Counted from the stretch's first letter, positions 16,090-29,265 are shown. The stretch is DNA of 64,000 nt from the human T2T-CHM13v2.0 reference genome, Homo sapiens (GCF_009914755.1 NC_060929.1), one strand, 5' to 3'. Notes: generated by a model from the sequence alone, not told the origin. Numbers and translations: made by a program.

Positions 16090-17880
16090 CACCTCCCAGA
16101 CGGGGTGGTGGCCGGGCAGAGGGGCTCCTCACTTCCCAGTAGGGGCGGCCGGGCAGAGGCGCCCCTCACCTCCTGGGCGGGGCGGCTGGCCGGGCGGGGG
16201 GCTGACCCCCCCACCTCCCTCCCGGACGGGGCGGCTGGCCGGTCGGGGGGCTGACCCCCCACCTCCCTCCCGGACGGGGCGGCTGGCCAGGCAGAGGGGC
16301 TCCTCACTTCCCAGTAGGGGCGGCCGGGCAGAGGCGCCCCTCACCTCCCGGACGGGGCGGCTGGCCGGGCAGGGGGGCTGACCCCCCCCACCTCCCTCCC
16401 GGACGGGGCGGCTGGCCGGGCGGGGGGCTGACCCCCCCACCTCCCTCGCGGACGGGGCGGCTGGCCGGGCAGAGGGGCTCCTCACTTCCCAGTAGGGGCA
16501 GCCGGGCAGAGGCGCCCCTCACCTCCCGGACGGGGCGGCTGGCCGGGCAGGGGGGCTGACCCCCCCCACCTCCCTCCCGGACGGGGCAGCTGGCCGGGCG
16601 GGGGGCTGACCCCCCCACCTCCCTCGCGGACGGGGCAGCTGGCCGGGCAGAGGGGCTCCTCACTTCCCAGTAGGGGCGGCCAGGCAGAGGCGCCCCTCAC
16701 CTCCCGGACGGGGCGGCTGGCTGGGCAGGGGGGCTGACCCCCCCCACCTCCCTCCCGGACGGGGCGGCTGGCCGGGCAGGGGGGCTGACCCCCCCCACCT
16801 CCCTCCCGGACGGGGCGGCTGGCCGGGCGGGGGGCTGACCCCCCCACCTCCCTCGCGGACGGGGCGGCTGGCCGGGCAGAGGGGCTCCTCACTTCCCAGT
16901 AGGGGTGGCCGGGCAGAGGCGCCCCTCACCTCCCGGACGGGGCGGCTGGCCGGGCAGGGGGGCTGACCCCCCCCACCTCCCTCCCGGACGGGGCGGCTGG
17001 CCGGGCGGGGGGCCGACACCCCCACCTCCCTCCCGGACGGGGCGGCTGGCCGGGCAGAGGGGCTCCTCACTTCCCAGTAGGGGCGGCCGGGCAGAGGCGC
17101 CCCTCACCTCCCAGACGGGGCGGCTGGCCGGGCGGAGGGCTGACCCCCCCACCTCCCTCCCGGACGGGGCGGCTGGCCGGGCAGAGGGGCTCCTCACTTC
17201 CCAGTAGGGGCGGCCGGGCAGAGGCGCCCCTCACCTCCCGGACCGGGCGGCTGGCCGGGCGGGGGGCTGACCCCCCCACCTCCCTCCCGGATGGCACGGC
17301 TGGCCGGGCGGGGGGCTGACCCCCCACCTCCCTCCCGGATGGGGCGGCTGGCCGGGCGGGGGGCTGACCCCCCCTCACCTCCCTCCCGGACGGGGTGGCT
17401 GCCGGGCGGAGATGCTCCTCACTTCCCAGATGGGGTGGCTGCTGGGCGGAGAGGCTCCTCACTTCTCAGATGGGGCAGCTGCCGGGCGGAGGGGCTCCTC
17501 ACTTCTCAGACGGGGTGGTTGCCAGGCAGAGGGTCTCCTCACTTCTCAGACGGGGCGGCCGGGCAGAGACGCTCCTCACCTCCCAGACGGGGTCTCGGCC
17601 GGGCAGAGGCGCTCCTCACATCCCAGATGGGGCGGTGGGGCAGAGGCGCTCCCCACATCTCAGACGATGGGCGGCCGGGCAGAGACGCTCCTCACTTCCT
17701 AGATGTGATGGCGGCTGGGAAGAGGCGCTCCTCACTTCCTAGATGGGATGGCGGCCGGGCGGAGACGCTCCTCACTTCCCAGACTGGGCGGCCGGGCAGA
17801 GGGGCTCCTCACATCCCAGACGATGGGCGGCCAGGCAGAGACACTCCTCACTTCCCAGACGGGGTGGCGGCCGGGCAGAG
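16090..17880. repeat. SVA GC-rich VNTR
   Basis: Tandem ~37-51 bp units (cctcccggacggggcggctggccgggc...). Confidence 0.97.
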
Positions 17881-18245
17881 GCTGCAATCTCGGCACTTTG
17901 GGAGGCCAAGGCAGGCGGCTGGGAGGTGGAGGTTGTAGTGAGCCGAGATCACGCCACTGCACTCCAGCCTGGGCACCATTGAGCACTGAGTGAACGAGAC
18001 TCCGTCTGCAATCCCGGCACCTCGGGAGGCCGAGGTTGGCGGATCACTCGCGGTTAGGGGCTGGAGACCGGCCCGGCCAACACAGCGAAACCCCGTCTCC
18101 ACCAAAACCAGTCAGGCGTGGCGGCGCGTGCCTGCAATCGCAGGCACTCGGCAGGCTGAGGCAGGAGAATCAGGCAGGGAGGTTGCAGTGAGCCGAGATG
18201 GCAGCAGTACAGTCCAGCTTCGGCTCCGCATGAGAGGGAGACCGT

Positions 18246-18357
18246 GGGGAGAGGGAGACGGAGACGGAGACGGAGACGGAGGGAGAGGGAGAGGGAGAGG
18301 GAGAGGGAGACTGAGAGGGAGAGGGAGAGGGAGAGGGAGAGGGAGAGGGAGAGGGGG
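18246..18357 (-). repeat. SVA (CCCTCT)n hexamer with variant units
   Basis: (GGGAGA)n on +, with four GGAGAC units and one GACTGA interruption. Confidence 0.95.
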
Positions 18358-18729
18358 ATTTTTTTTCAAGACATTTGTGCTAACGTCTTTTATTTACACA
18401 AATAACATACTTTATAAAAGAGAATGGACTCTAATTGTGGGTGTAAATTAACATTATAAAAAAATTTAAAAACTAGTTAGGCATAAAATTTCAACTTTGC
18501 ATTTGTCTATGTAATGTGTCTACTGTATATAAAACATTGTATTGGCCATTGTGCAGGAAATTATAATGACCCTAAAAATAAATTGTAGCCAAGCTCTTGA
18601 GAGGAACAGTTAGGAAAACAAAGTGTTCCTGTCAAGTTATTTTTATCAAAATTATTTCATTTTCTTTGCCCTATCAATGATTAAACATAGTCAAATAACA
18701 TTTTAAGAAATCTTATGAAGAATACATAA

Positions 18730-19960
18730 GACATTTATGTCTAGAAATGGTGGATCAAGTAACAGAGGCCAACTCTCCTATTGAAGGTAATAACGGATCT
18801 TTTAAAATCTGCTCCTAGGTATCAAGGGGCTCATAAAATTGCCAAGAATTTCTGGGCCAACTTTTCAGGGAAGAAGGTAAAACACATTCTGAGATCTGAA
18901 GCTAGCATCTGGAACTACTTTTCCTCAGTATGTATTTGTCTCTCATGAAAGATGTAGCAGAAAGCCTGAGATGAGTTTTGAGAGCCCAGTGGGGTTATGC
19001 AGACAAAATTTGGAGACCAGACTTGGCCTGCAAGGCAGCCCTGCTAACCTACCCTCACCAAATTTTATTTTGTCACCCTGAAAGAGTCAGGTGTAATATT
19101 CTGGCACTTAACCAAAAACTAGCTTGAATCATTTTAATCCTCAAATTAAAATATCGTGACTTTAGTTTGTTAATGGCCTAAGATGTCTGAAACAAGTAAT
19201 GAAGTTATAGCATAAGGAAAAACATCATCTTAGTATACACTATTTTAAAATATTGTTTAAATGCACTTTTTACACTCAATCAAAAATGACCAGACCTACG
19301 AGGAGGAAAGACAGTGTTAAATGACATGTAGCAAGATCAACCAACACTAGAAACAGACCCATGGGAGTTTCAAATACTGCAGCTACTAAGGAGATAAAAT
19401 ATGAGGTGAAGATTTTGTTAGATCAATAAAACATACATAAAACAACATAACAATATTTTAAAAGAAGTATTCTTTTATTTTACTAATAAAATAAAAATGC
19501 TTATCTTGAAATAAAAATATTTTATACAAAGAAAACATGAGAGAAAGATTGAAAGCAAACCAGCATCAATGGAAATACTAAAGGCAGAAATAATATAAGC
19601 AAAGTTAAGTCATAGACATGGGGATGGCGGGGACCAGAGAGAAATAATGAGCCATGGAGATGCTAACTATGCCAGTAAACTAAAAATTATGACTATTTAA
19701 TATATTCTTTGGAAGTTAAATCAAATATTTACTATTGAAATACAGAATGACAATCACATTAAGTTGAATAGTATGGACTACATATAAATATTTTGAAGGT
19801 TCTTGCATTGACCGAGAAAAAAGTGAATACACTAACATTAGACTTGACAAACTTGAAATGCATGTTTAATAAATATAATCATAAAAATAAGATAATTATA
19901 AAAAGGTATGCAACTTCCAAGCCAACTGAAGGAATGGGATATAAAAAGACTTATAAGTTA
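18730..19960 (+). mobile_element. Highly decayed L1M 5'/ORF1-region fragments
   Basis: A-rich; cactcaatcaaaaatgaccagac...tagaaacagacccatgggag resembles old L1 ORF1 leaders. Confidence 0.5.
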
Positions 19961-20245
19961 TAAAACTCATAACAGTAATTATAGTCAGCGTGAACTATAT
20001 AAGCATGAGAAATGTTCATTCTATTAATTTGTACATAAGCTTATGCATTACATGATTCAAATACATACAAATTTGGAGCTGTATCTGCTTTTCTACAGCA
20101 AGCTAATCAAATAACCAGACAATACAAAAAGGGATTTTTTTTAATCCATTTTAAACTGTTTAAGGAATAACGGAGTTCCTCTCTTGATTAGTTAAGTATT
20201 ACATAATCAAAATTAGGTGATTATATTCTATACTTTTTAACATAT

Positions 20246-22511
20246 TGTATTAGTCTGTTCTCATGCTCCTGATAAAGTCATACCCAAGACAGGGTAATTT
20301 ATAAAGAAAAGAAGGTTTAATAGACTCACAGTTTCACATGGCTGGGGAGGCCTCACAATCATGGTGGAAGGCAGAAGAGTAAAGGCATATCTTACGTGGT
20401 GGCAGGCAAGAGAACCGTGGAGCACAAGGGGGAAAAGGGTTATAAGATCCTGTGAGAACTCATTGACTATCACAAGAACAGCATGAGGGTAACTGCCCCC
20501 ATGATTAAATTACCTCCCACCATGTCCCTCCCTTGACATGTGGCGATTATGGGATCTACAATTTAAGATGAGATTTTGGTGGGGACACAGACAAAGCATA
20601 TCATTCCACACCTGGCCCCTCCAAAATCTCATGTCCTCACATTTGAAAACACAACCATGCCCTTCCAACAGTCCCTCAAAGTCTTAACTCATTCCAGCAT
20701 TAACTCAAAAGTCCAAGTCCAAAGTCTTATCTGAGACAAAGCAAGTTTCTTCTGCCTATGTGCCTGCAAACCAAAAGTAAGTTAGTTACTTCCTAGATAC
20801 AATGAGGGTACAGGCATTGTGTAAATACATCCATTCCAAATGTGAGAAATTGGTCAAACCAAAGTGGCTACAGGCCCCATGAACATCTGAAATCCAATAG
20901 GGCTCTCATTAAAACTTAAAGTTCCAAAATGATCTCCTTTGACTCCATGTCTCACATCCAAGTCACTCTGATGCAAGAGCTGGACTGCCACGACCTTGGG
21001 CAGCCTTGCCCCTGTGACTTTGTAGGGTACAACTGCCTCTCTCCTGGCTTCTTTCACAGGCTAGCATTGAGTGTTTGCGGTTTTTCCAGGCACACTGCAG
21101 GCTGTCAGTGGATCTAACATTTTTGGGTCTGGTGGACAGTGGCCCTCTTCTCACAGCTTCACGAGGCACAGGCCCAGTAGGGACTCAGTGTGGGGGTCCC
21201 AACCCCACATTTTCCTTCCTCACTGCCCTAGCAGAGGTTTTCCATGAGGGCCTCTCCCCTGCAGCATACCTCTGCCTAGACATCTAAGCATTTTCATACA
21301 TACTCTGAAATCTAGGCAGAGATTCCTAAACCTCAACTCTTGATTTCTGTGAACCTGCAGGCTCAACACCACATGGAAGCTTCCAAGGCTTGGGGCTTGC
21401 ACCCTCTGGAGCCACAGCATGAGTTGTACCTTGCCCCCTTTTAGTCATGGCTGAAACAGCTTGGACACAGGGCACCATGTCCCTAGGCTGCACACAGCAG
21501 AGGGGCCCTGAGCCCAGCCCACAATACCATTTTTTCCTCCTCAGCCTCTGTGCCTGTGATAGGAGGGACTGCCATGAAGTTCTCTGACATACCCTGGAGA
21601 TATTTTCCCCATTGTCTTAGTGATTAACATTTGGCTCCTCGTTCCTTTTGCAGATTTCTGTGGCTGGCTTGAATTTCACCCCAGAAAATGGGTTTTTCTT
21701 TTCTATCACATCATCTGGCTGGAAATTTTCCAAACTTTTATGCTCTGCTTCCTCTTGAGCACTTTGCCACTTAGAAATTTCTTCTGCCAGATATCCAAAT
21801 CATCTCTCTCTAATTCAAAGTTCCAAAGATCTCTAGGGCAGGGGCAAAATGCCACTAGTCTCTTTGCTAAAGCATAGTAAGAGTCACCTTTTCTCCAGTT
21901 CCCAACAAGTTTCTCATCTCCATCTAAGAGCACCTCATCCTGGACTTCATTGTCCATATCACTATCACAATTTTGGGCAAAGCCATTCAACAAGTCTCTA
22001 GGAAGTTCCAAACTTTCCCACATTTTCCTATCTTCTGAGCTTTCCAAACTGTTCCAACCTCTGCCTGTTACCCAGTTCCAAAGTCGCTTCCACACTTTCA
22101 GATATCCTTATAGAAGCACCCTACTCCTGATACCAACGTACTGTATTAGTCTGTTCTCACACTGCTAATAAAGACGTATATGAGACTGGGTAATTTATAT
22201 AGAAAAATAGGATTAATGGACTCATAGCTTCACCTGGCTGAGGAGGCCTCGCAATCATGGTGGAAAGCTGAGGAGAAGCAAAGACACCTCTTACATGGCA
22301 GCAGGTAAGAGAAGTGCCTAGCAAGAGGGGGAAAAGCACCTTAAAAAAACATCAGCTCTCATGAGAACTCACTCACTATCGCAAGAACAGCATGAGGGTG
22401 ACTACCGTATGATTAAATTACCTCTCACTGGGTCGCTCCCTCGACACATGGGGATTATGGGAACTACAATGCAACATGAAATTTGAGTGGGGACACAGCC
22501 AAATCATATCA
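20246..22511 (-). mobile_element. Full-length THE1 MaLR provirus (LTRs 20246-20603 and 22142-22511)
   Basis: Two LTRs plus internal region; perfect 5-bp TSD CATAT (20241-20245, 22512-22516). Confidence 0.96.
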
Positions 22512-23294
22512 CATATGTATGTATATAGTTTACAAAATAGCTAATATATTAGGCACATGTTCATATAAAGTTTGTTTACATGTCATATAGTATACATTTA
22601 CATGTCATATAGTAAATATAATTTGTATTATCAATATGTAATATTGATTTTACCTATAAAAATCAATTCATTATATTCTCTACTTTTTGAGAAAATATGG
22701 CTCAACAAAACAACTCCAGGACCCACAGAAATCCAATACAAATTTCTATTTCTTTTACTTTTCCCAGGAAAAGTAATAGAAAATACTAAGGAATTGATAT
22801 GATGTTTGATATAATAAAGGTTGCATTTGCTCTATCTCTACAAAATAAATGGTGGCTAATTTATTAATATCATAAACTCTTTCATAAATTATTATGAAGA
22901 GGAGATGAAACTGAAGCACTAGAGTAATAAAGCAATTGCTAAAAAGCATTTTCAGAGTGTACTAAAGAATTCTCTATTTCAGAATACTTTGTCTCAAACT
23001 GGGCCAGTGCCATTTTAATCTACATTTTAGTGAACAGCATCTTTGATCTTTAAACTGTGCACATGGTTGTATTATTTTGCTTAGTTTTCACACCAAAATT
23101 AAATACTCCATATATCCAAATATACTTAACAAGAAGTTGAAGGAGACAATAGTACACCATCACCATGTCTCACTGCATGCCTTCTACCTCTGCTCCTTGA
23201 CTAAATAAATATTCTAATTTTCAATGGTGTGATTTACCAGAACAAATTATGAGTTATGGCAGTCAGTATGAAACCCTTGCAGATTGGAAAATCA

Positions 23295-23815
23295 GAATCT
23301 AGCCTCCACTTCCATCTCTTCATGTATATTGCTCTGGCCAAGGCCAATAGTGACCTGTGCGCAGCTAAGTTCAAGGGTATTTTTGAGTTTCTAAATTGTC
23401 TGTGAATAAATAATATTGACAACTCTTTCCAATTCAAAAAATTATCTTTCCTGTTTCTTTGGCAATCTCAATATCATTTTTTCTATCTGAATAGCAAGAA
23501 TGTTTCTCTCTGGATTAATTCTTTCTCTAACACTTAGGACAGTGTCCAACAAACTATGCTATTAAAAAAGTAGTTTCTGAATGCATGAATGAATATAAGT
23601 AACTCTTGTACATCTACATTTGGATAAGTAGTAAATATCCTCAATGTCAGCCCCAAAGTATCCTCTGATTATCCTTTGTAAACCATAACTTCTAGGATCA
23701 CACCACTTGCCACAGTGCAGTAAGCTTCTTAACAAAGGAATCAAGGAGGCATCTTTTATTTTTGTCTGTTCTATATGTCCCCACACTTTCTTAGCATACA
23801 AATAAAGTGTAATGC
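23295..23815 (+). mobile_element. LINE-2 fragments
   Basis: ttgctctggccaaggccaatagtgacctg and a 3'-end-like gtaagcttc...tatatgtcccca...agcatacaaataaagtg. Confidence 0.5.
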
Positions 23816-24159
23816 ATACTATTTTTTTGGAATTTTTATATTATCATATTTCCATAAATATTGTTACTTAAGGTGTTTTTAACATTTACATGTTTTTGTG
23901 TGTGTTTTAACTACATATGTACTTAACTGTATTATTTAGATAAAACATTTTGGCTTCTGTTTTACGTTAGAAGGAGAAAACCTGTCTGGACAATTCCATA
24001 ATGAGTAAAAGCTACATCAGAACAGATCTACAGAGAGTGGTGCTTTTAATATGTTCTTTGTTTTATAACTAATTGTCTATATCTCAAATAAATACCTGCT
24101 TCATTATTTATACGGACATACCAACTACATTTTTTTTGAATAGAGAATGCTGTATTAAC

Positions 24160-24290
24160 TTAGTGATTCCGTCAACAATAGTTATCACGTATCAGATACT
24201 CTTGCTAAACGCTAGGAACACCACAGTAAACAAAAGAGATAACGGTCTTTGCCATCAAAGTCCTTGTATTCTAGATATGTTGAGTGATCA
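24160..24290 (-). mobile_element. LINE-2 3' end
   Basis: tcttgctaaacgctaggaacaccacagtaaacaaaagagataacggtctttgccatca. Confidence 0.6.
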
Positions 24291-24903
24291 AGATATATAA
24301 TGGATGCTACTATCCAATTTTCATCAAAAACTCCCCTTGGATAATCTTCGCTGTCATGTTAGCCTTAAAAAATACTTGAAATGATGTGGTGCGATAGTGA
24401 CAGCTCAGATATGGTTCCAATTCACAAATTTATTGTGTGAAATGGACCTATGATTGCTGCCAAAGGGCTTTATATAGAACAACAGAAGTTGCTCTGTGAA
24501 GGACTAAATTATCTCTGCATGATGTGGTCCCAAATAATTAATATTCCCTCTAACCAAAGATTGTTGATCATGTCCCATGACAAAAATTAGATGTTTTTGG
24601 CAAGGAATGCTGCCTGCAGTGGGCTTTATATTTTACTTTGTTGATGGCTAACTTCCACATTAAAGGCTAAATACCTAGCCAATATTTTCAAGTGAAAAAT
24701 TCCCTAATAGACTTCATGTAGTGAAGCCCAAAATTTTCATAACTTTGCTGGCGTTAAAATGCGTTTGCTCCACAAAAACAACCCCATCTAGCTAAACTCT
24801 GACTGCTGATGATATGTGGTTAGCTTAACTACATTAGGCAGGTTCTCTTCTGACCATAGCCCCAAATGTCCAGTTTGAGACCAAGTGCTCAGCCTTATTA
24901 TCT

Positions 24904-25194
<291 letters not shown>

Positions 25195-25929
25195 AGCCCT
25201 ACTATCTTTACACAGTCATGGAATTTTAAGATTCTGAACAACAGATCTGATAATCTTTGAATTAACATTGTTAGTATATTAGCACTAGTATAAAATTTCA
25301 TAAACCTTTTCACAAAAAAGCCAACACTGTCACAAACCATAAGAAAATGTATTATTCCCTTCACACAAAGTCTGGAAGTTGGTGACATTTTTGGTTTCAA
25401 TGGCAAGGGACAATCACATCTCTGTCATTTTTTGACCTGTTACTCAAAATGCATAGGTTATAAACCCTCACTTTAGTGCCTGTGGTAGTAAGGAAGGGCA
25501 GGGCATAAAGACGGGCACCTCGGAAGTGCTGCCGTGCAAAGTATTTTTTCAGTAGGTGTAATATTATGATAAAGAAATATTTGTTTCATCCACAGTTCCT
25601 GGCTCATAACTCCCGTAGCCTCTATTCTTTCCTAAGTGACTAAAACAATAAGCAGATCTTTTGCTAAACTATTTGGCCTTTTGTTTTTCGGTCCTGAAGC
25701 AGCTTTGGGACAGCTTCAGAACAATAAAGGTGAAAGATGATCTTTGCTTATAACCTTAGGATGCGTTAGGCCCCGGAAGCAATCTCGGAAAACAGAACCT
25801 CTCTCTGACCTCCTCCTGCCCCTCTTTTACCTGTTCCTTTTTCTCCTCAAGGCAGGCCATAGAAGCTAAAAATACACTCTAATCTCCTGAATTTGTGTCT
25901 TAGAGCTGCTCATAAAGAAATTCTTCTAG

Positions 25930-26843
25930 TGTGATGGTTAATATTAGTTGTCAACTTGATTGTATTGAAGGATGCCTAGATAGCTGGTAAAGTATTGTGT
26001 CTGTGAGGGTGTTGCCAGAGGAGATTAACATTTGAGTCAGTGGACTGTGAGGGGAAGACCCACTCTTAATGTGGGTGGGCACCATCCAATCGGCTACCAG
26101 CACGGCTAGAACAAAGCCGGCAGAAGAAGGTGAGATAAGTTGGCTTGCTGAGTCTTCTGGCTTTCATCTTTCTCCCATGCTGTATGCGTTTTTCGTTTGT
26201 TTGTTTGTTTGTTTGTTTGTCTGTCACCCAGGCTGGAGTGCAGTGGTGCAATCGTGGCTCACTGCAACCTCTGCCTCCCAGGTTGAAGTGATCCTCCTGC
26301 TTCAGCCTCCCTAGTAGCTGGGACAATAGACATGCACCACCACACTGGGCTAATTTTTGTATTTTAGTAGTAATGGGGTTTCACCATGTTGGCCAGGTTG
26401 GTCTCAAACTCCTGATCTCAGGTGATCCGCTCGCCTCAGCCTCCCAAAGCGCTGGGATTGCAGGCATGAGCCACCACACCAGGCCCTGTGCTGTATGCTT
26501 CTGTCCATTCTTCCTGCCCTTGGATGTCAGACGGTTATTTGACCTTGGAATCTTGGACTCACACCAGCAGTTTTCTGCGGGCTCTCAGGCCTGCAGCCAC
26601 AGACTGAAGGCTGCACTGTCCGCCTCCCTACTTCTGAGGTTTTGGGACTTGTGCTGGCTTCTTAGCTCCTTAGCTTGCAGATAGCCTACCGTGGGACTTC
26701 ACCTTGTGATTGTGTGAGTAAATTCGCCTTTATAAACTCCCTTTCATATATAGGATATATATAGGATATATAGATACATATCTCACTAATAGGATACATA
26801 CATATATCCTATTAGTTCTGTCCCTCTGGAGAACCCTAATACA
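25930..26843 (+). mobile_element. MLT2A/B-type (HERV-L) solo LTR
   Basis: tgtgatggttaatattagttgtcaacttga...cctattagttctgtccctctggagaaccctaataca. Confidence 0.9.
26188..26485 (-). mobile_element. AluS with (AAAC)n tail, inside MLT2
   Basis: Alu dimer; TSD CCATGCTGTATGC/CTGTGCTGTATGC. Confidence 0.92.
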
Positions 26844-27674
26844 CTGAACTACTTTGTCCTATTTTGGGTCATAAGATCCCCATTTCAGGAGGGGTCCTGC
26901 TCCAAGCCCTATAGAAAAGAATGCTGCACAGAGGGGCCAAGAAGAATCTGGGCAGACAGGCCTTGCTGGGTTTTCCACTCAGTATTAGATCACACTCATT
27001 TCATCCAATCACATTTTGACATGGTGGTCCATAACTTAGTCATACCTCTCCATGGAAGTCTTCCTAAAAGGCCCAAGAGAATGGGGGATGGAGAGCTTCT
27101 GGACAGCTGAACTTGTGAAGGCTTACAGAAAGGTGAACAAGAGCTCACATATGTGCCAGGAGGGTGGCACGCCCCCAATCCATGAGACAGAAGCTCCTGT
27201 GCTCAGGACCCTTCCAGACCTCTCCCTATATATTTATCCATGTGACTGTTTATTTGTATCCTTTAAAATGTTATTGATAATAAAAGGGTAAATGTAAACA
27301 GATGTTTTTCTGGGTTTTCTGAGACACTTTAACAAATTAATAGAGCCTAAAGAGAAGGCCATGGGAACTCCAACTTGAAGCAATAGATCAGAAGTTCCAA
27401 GGGTCTGGACTTGTGACTGGTGAAGGAACTGGGGGCAGTCTTGCGGGACTGAGCTCTCAAGCTGTGGAGATCTGACATAATCTTCAGGTAGGCAGCATCA
27501 GAATTGAACTGGATCAGGAGCTGCCAGCTGATAGCTGCTGTAAAATTGCTTGCTTGCTTGTGAACAGAGAGAAATCTCCACACATTTAGTCACAGAAACT
27601 TCTTGTGTTGATAACTGTGGCATGAGAACAGAAGAAAAACATATGTTTTGTCTACATAGTAGGTGATAAAGGTC

Positions 27675-28078
27675 TAATATGGTTTGGATTTGTGTCCCAG
27701 CCCAAATTTCATGTTGAATTGTAATTCCCAGTGTTGGATGTTGGGCCTGGTGGGAGGTGATTGGATCATGGAGTCGATTTCTCATGAATAGTTTAGCCCC
27801 ATTCGCCCTTGGTGCTGTTCTCATAATAGTGAGTGAGTTCTTATGAGATCTGGTTGTTTAAAACTGTATGGCACCTCCCCCAGCCCTTGCTGCTCCAGCC
27901 CTGTGAAGTGCCAGCTCTGCCTTTGCTTTCTGCCATGATTGTAAGTTTCCTGAGGCCTCCCCAGAAGCTAAGCAGATGCCAGCATCATGCTTCCTGGACA
28001 GCCTGCAGAGCCAATTAAACTTCTTTTATTTATAAGTAACCCAGTCTCACTTATTTCTTTATAGCAGTGGGAGATACT
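27675..28078 (+). mobile_element. MST (MSTA/B-like) solo LTR
   Basis: taatatggtttggatttgtgtccc...gccatgattgtaagtttcctgaggcctcccagaag. Confidence 0.9.
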
Positions 28079-29104
28079 AGATTCTTCAGCTGATTTCTTC
28101 TCATGACTAGCACTGAATTATAAGAACATCCTTAGACTAAGCACCGATGAAATGGAGTCGGATTATTACTGCTTTGACAAAGTATGATTCATCACCTGGG
28201 ACCCTGGTGGGGTTTTACCTCTCTGAGATCGAGGTCTCTCCGGCATTTCCCAAATGCAATGGAATTGCATTGCCTGGTACTTAAAGCAGGGCGAGTGAGG
28301 ACACTAGACATTCAACAGTAATTTCCACAAGCATAAGATACAAGGCCCACTACAACTTTGTGCATTTCTCTTCCAGATTTAGGAAAAGTAAAGGTGATCA
28401 TATTAAAAACAAACAGACAACAACAACAACAACAAAATAAACTAAACTCCAAGACTGCTTAGATAGCCTGGAACTGCATACAACTTTTGTACTATAAAGT
28501 AGTTTGGAATTAATATAATTGTTAAAGATAAAACAAAGATAGCTGGGGACTTATTCTAATTCTTAATATTAGTGAATGAGACCATTTTTCAATTCCGTGA
28601 AGTTTTGTTTTATAGACTGTACAGTATTAAAGGAGTAAACTACTGTCTTCTGTCAATATGCATTTGTACCTCAGAAAGGATACAATAACTTATGGCAAGT
28701 TATTCCTTGTAAAGATACAGTCGTATGTTTATTTTTATCTACTTATGGTTTTTGTGCCTTATTTTCTCTACCTGTCCAACAGTGGTCAATTGGAAATATT
28801 ACTGAGCTTTATTTTTTCTTCTATTTTTTGTTACATAAACTGTAAATTTCCATAATCTCAAAAAATGTACAAAAGGTGAGAATATTTACAATCTCTATGA
28901 CCTGGTATTGATGAGACTGATACCACCCTCAAATATTTTCGCCTAATAGATAATAAACATGAGTCTACTTTGAAACAGTGCTAAGTGAGAAATTAGTTAT
29001 TCTTTGAAATCTTGATATAATTGCTTGTTTCAAAATAAGTATGCATTCTTTTTATTTGAATCTGTATCACTTCCCTGTGACTTAGCCTACTTCATCTAAT
29101 ATTT

Positions 29105-29265
29105 TAAGGCACACAATTATATGGGGAGATTGTTAGAAATGCAATATCTTAGCCTGTACTACCAGACATTATAATTCAGTAGAACAAGACTGGGGCTGTG
29201 GAATTTTGCCTCTTTCGTGTACTCTAGATTGTTCTGATGCATGCCCTCTATGAATCCTTGAATCC
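29105..29265. mobile_element. MER5-like hAT MITE
   Basis: ggagattgttagaaatgcaatatcttagcc...ttcagtag...tggggctgtggaatttt...gttctgatgca. Confidence 0.6.

Larger units (their letters stand above)
15556..18357 (-). mobile_element. Full-length SVA retrotransposon (SVA_F-like). Poly(A) 15556-15591, SINE-R to ~16085, VNTR ~16090-17880, Alu-like domain to ~18245, CCCTCT hexamer head
   Basis: All SVA domains are present in order and CpG-rich. ttgataattcttggg, ctgattacttgagattagggattgg and gaggaatttttcttagtgcag are variants I associate with SVA_F; the subfamily is less certain than the family. Confidence 0.97.
25557..27658 (+). mobile_element. MER21-type (MER21A-like) solo LTR, interrupted by MLT2 and Alu
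   Basis: tgtaatattatgataaagaaatat start, MER4-like middle, gaagctcctgtgctcaggacccttccagacct; flanking direct repeat GTAGG (25552-25556, 27659-27663). Confidence 0.75.

Noticed and set aside
16090-17880. Regularly spaced repeats superficially like a CRISPR array
   Set aside because: There are no unique spacers and no cas genes; this is the SVA VNTR in primate DNA
15441-18451. Many 80-215 aa Pro/Gly/Arg-rich ORFs, including RG- and PL-repeat peptides
   Set aside because: They are translations of the SVA SINE-R, VNTR and hexamer; GC-rich repeats lack stop codons and SVAs are non-coding
18590-18598. AAGCTCTT matching the flank at 15233-15240, as a possible distant TSD implying an SVA 5' transduction
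   Set aside because: Only 8 bp in AT-rich DNA, ~230 bp from the SVA head and within L2-like sequence; a chance match is likely
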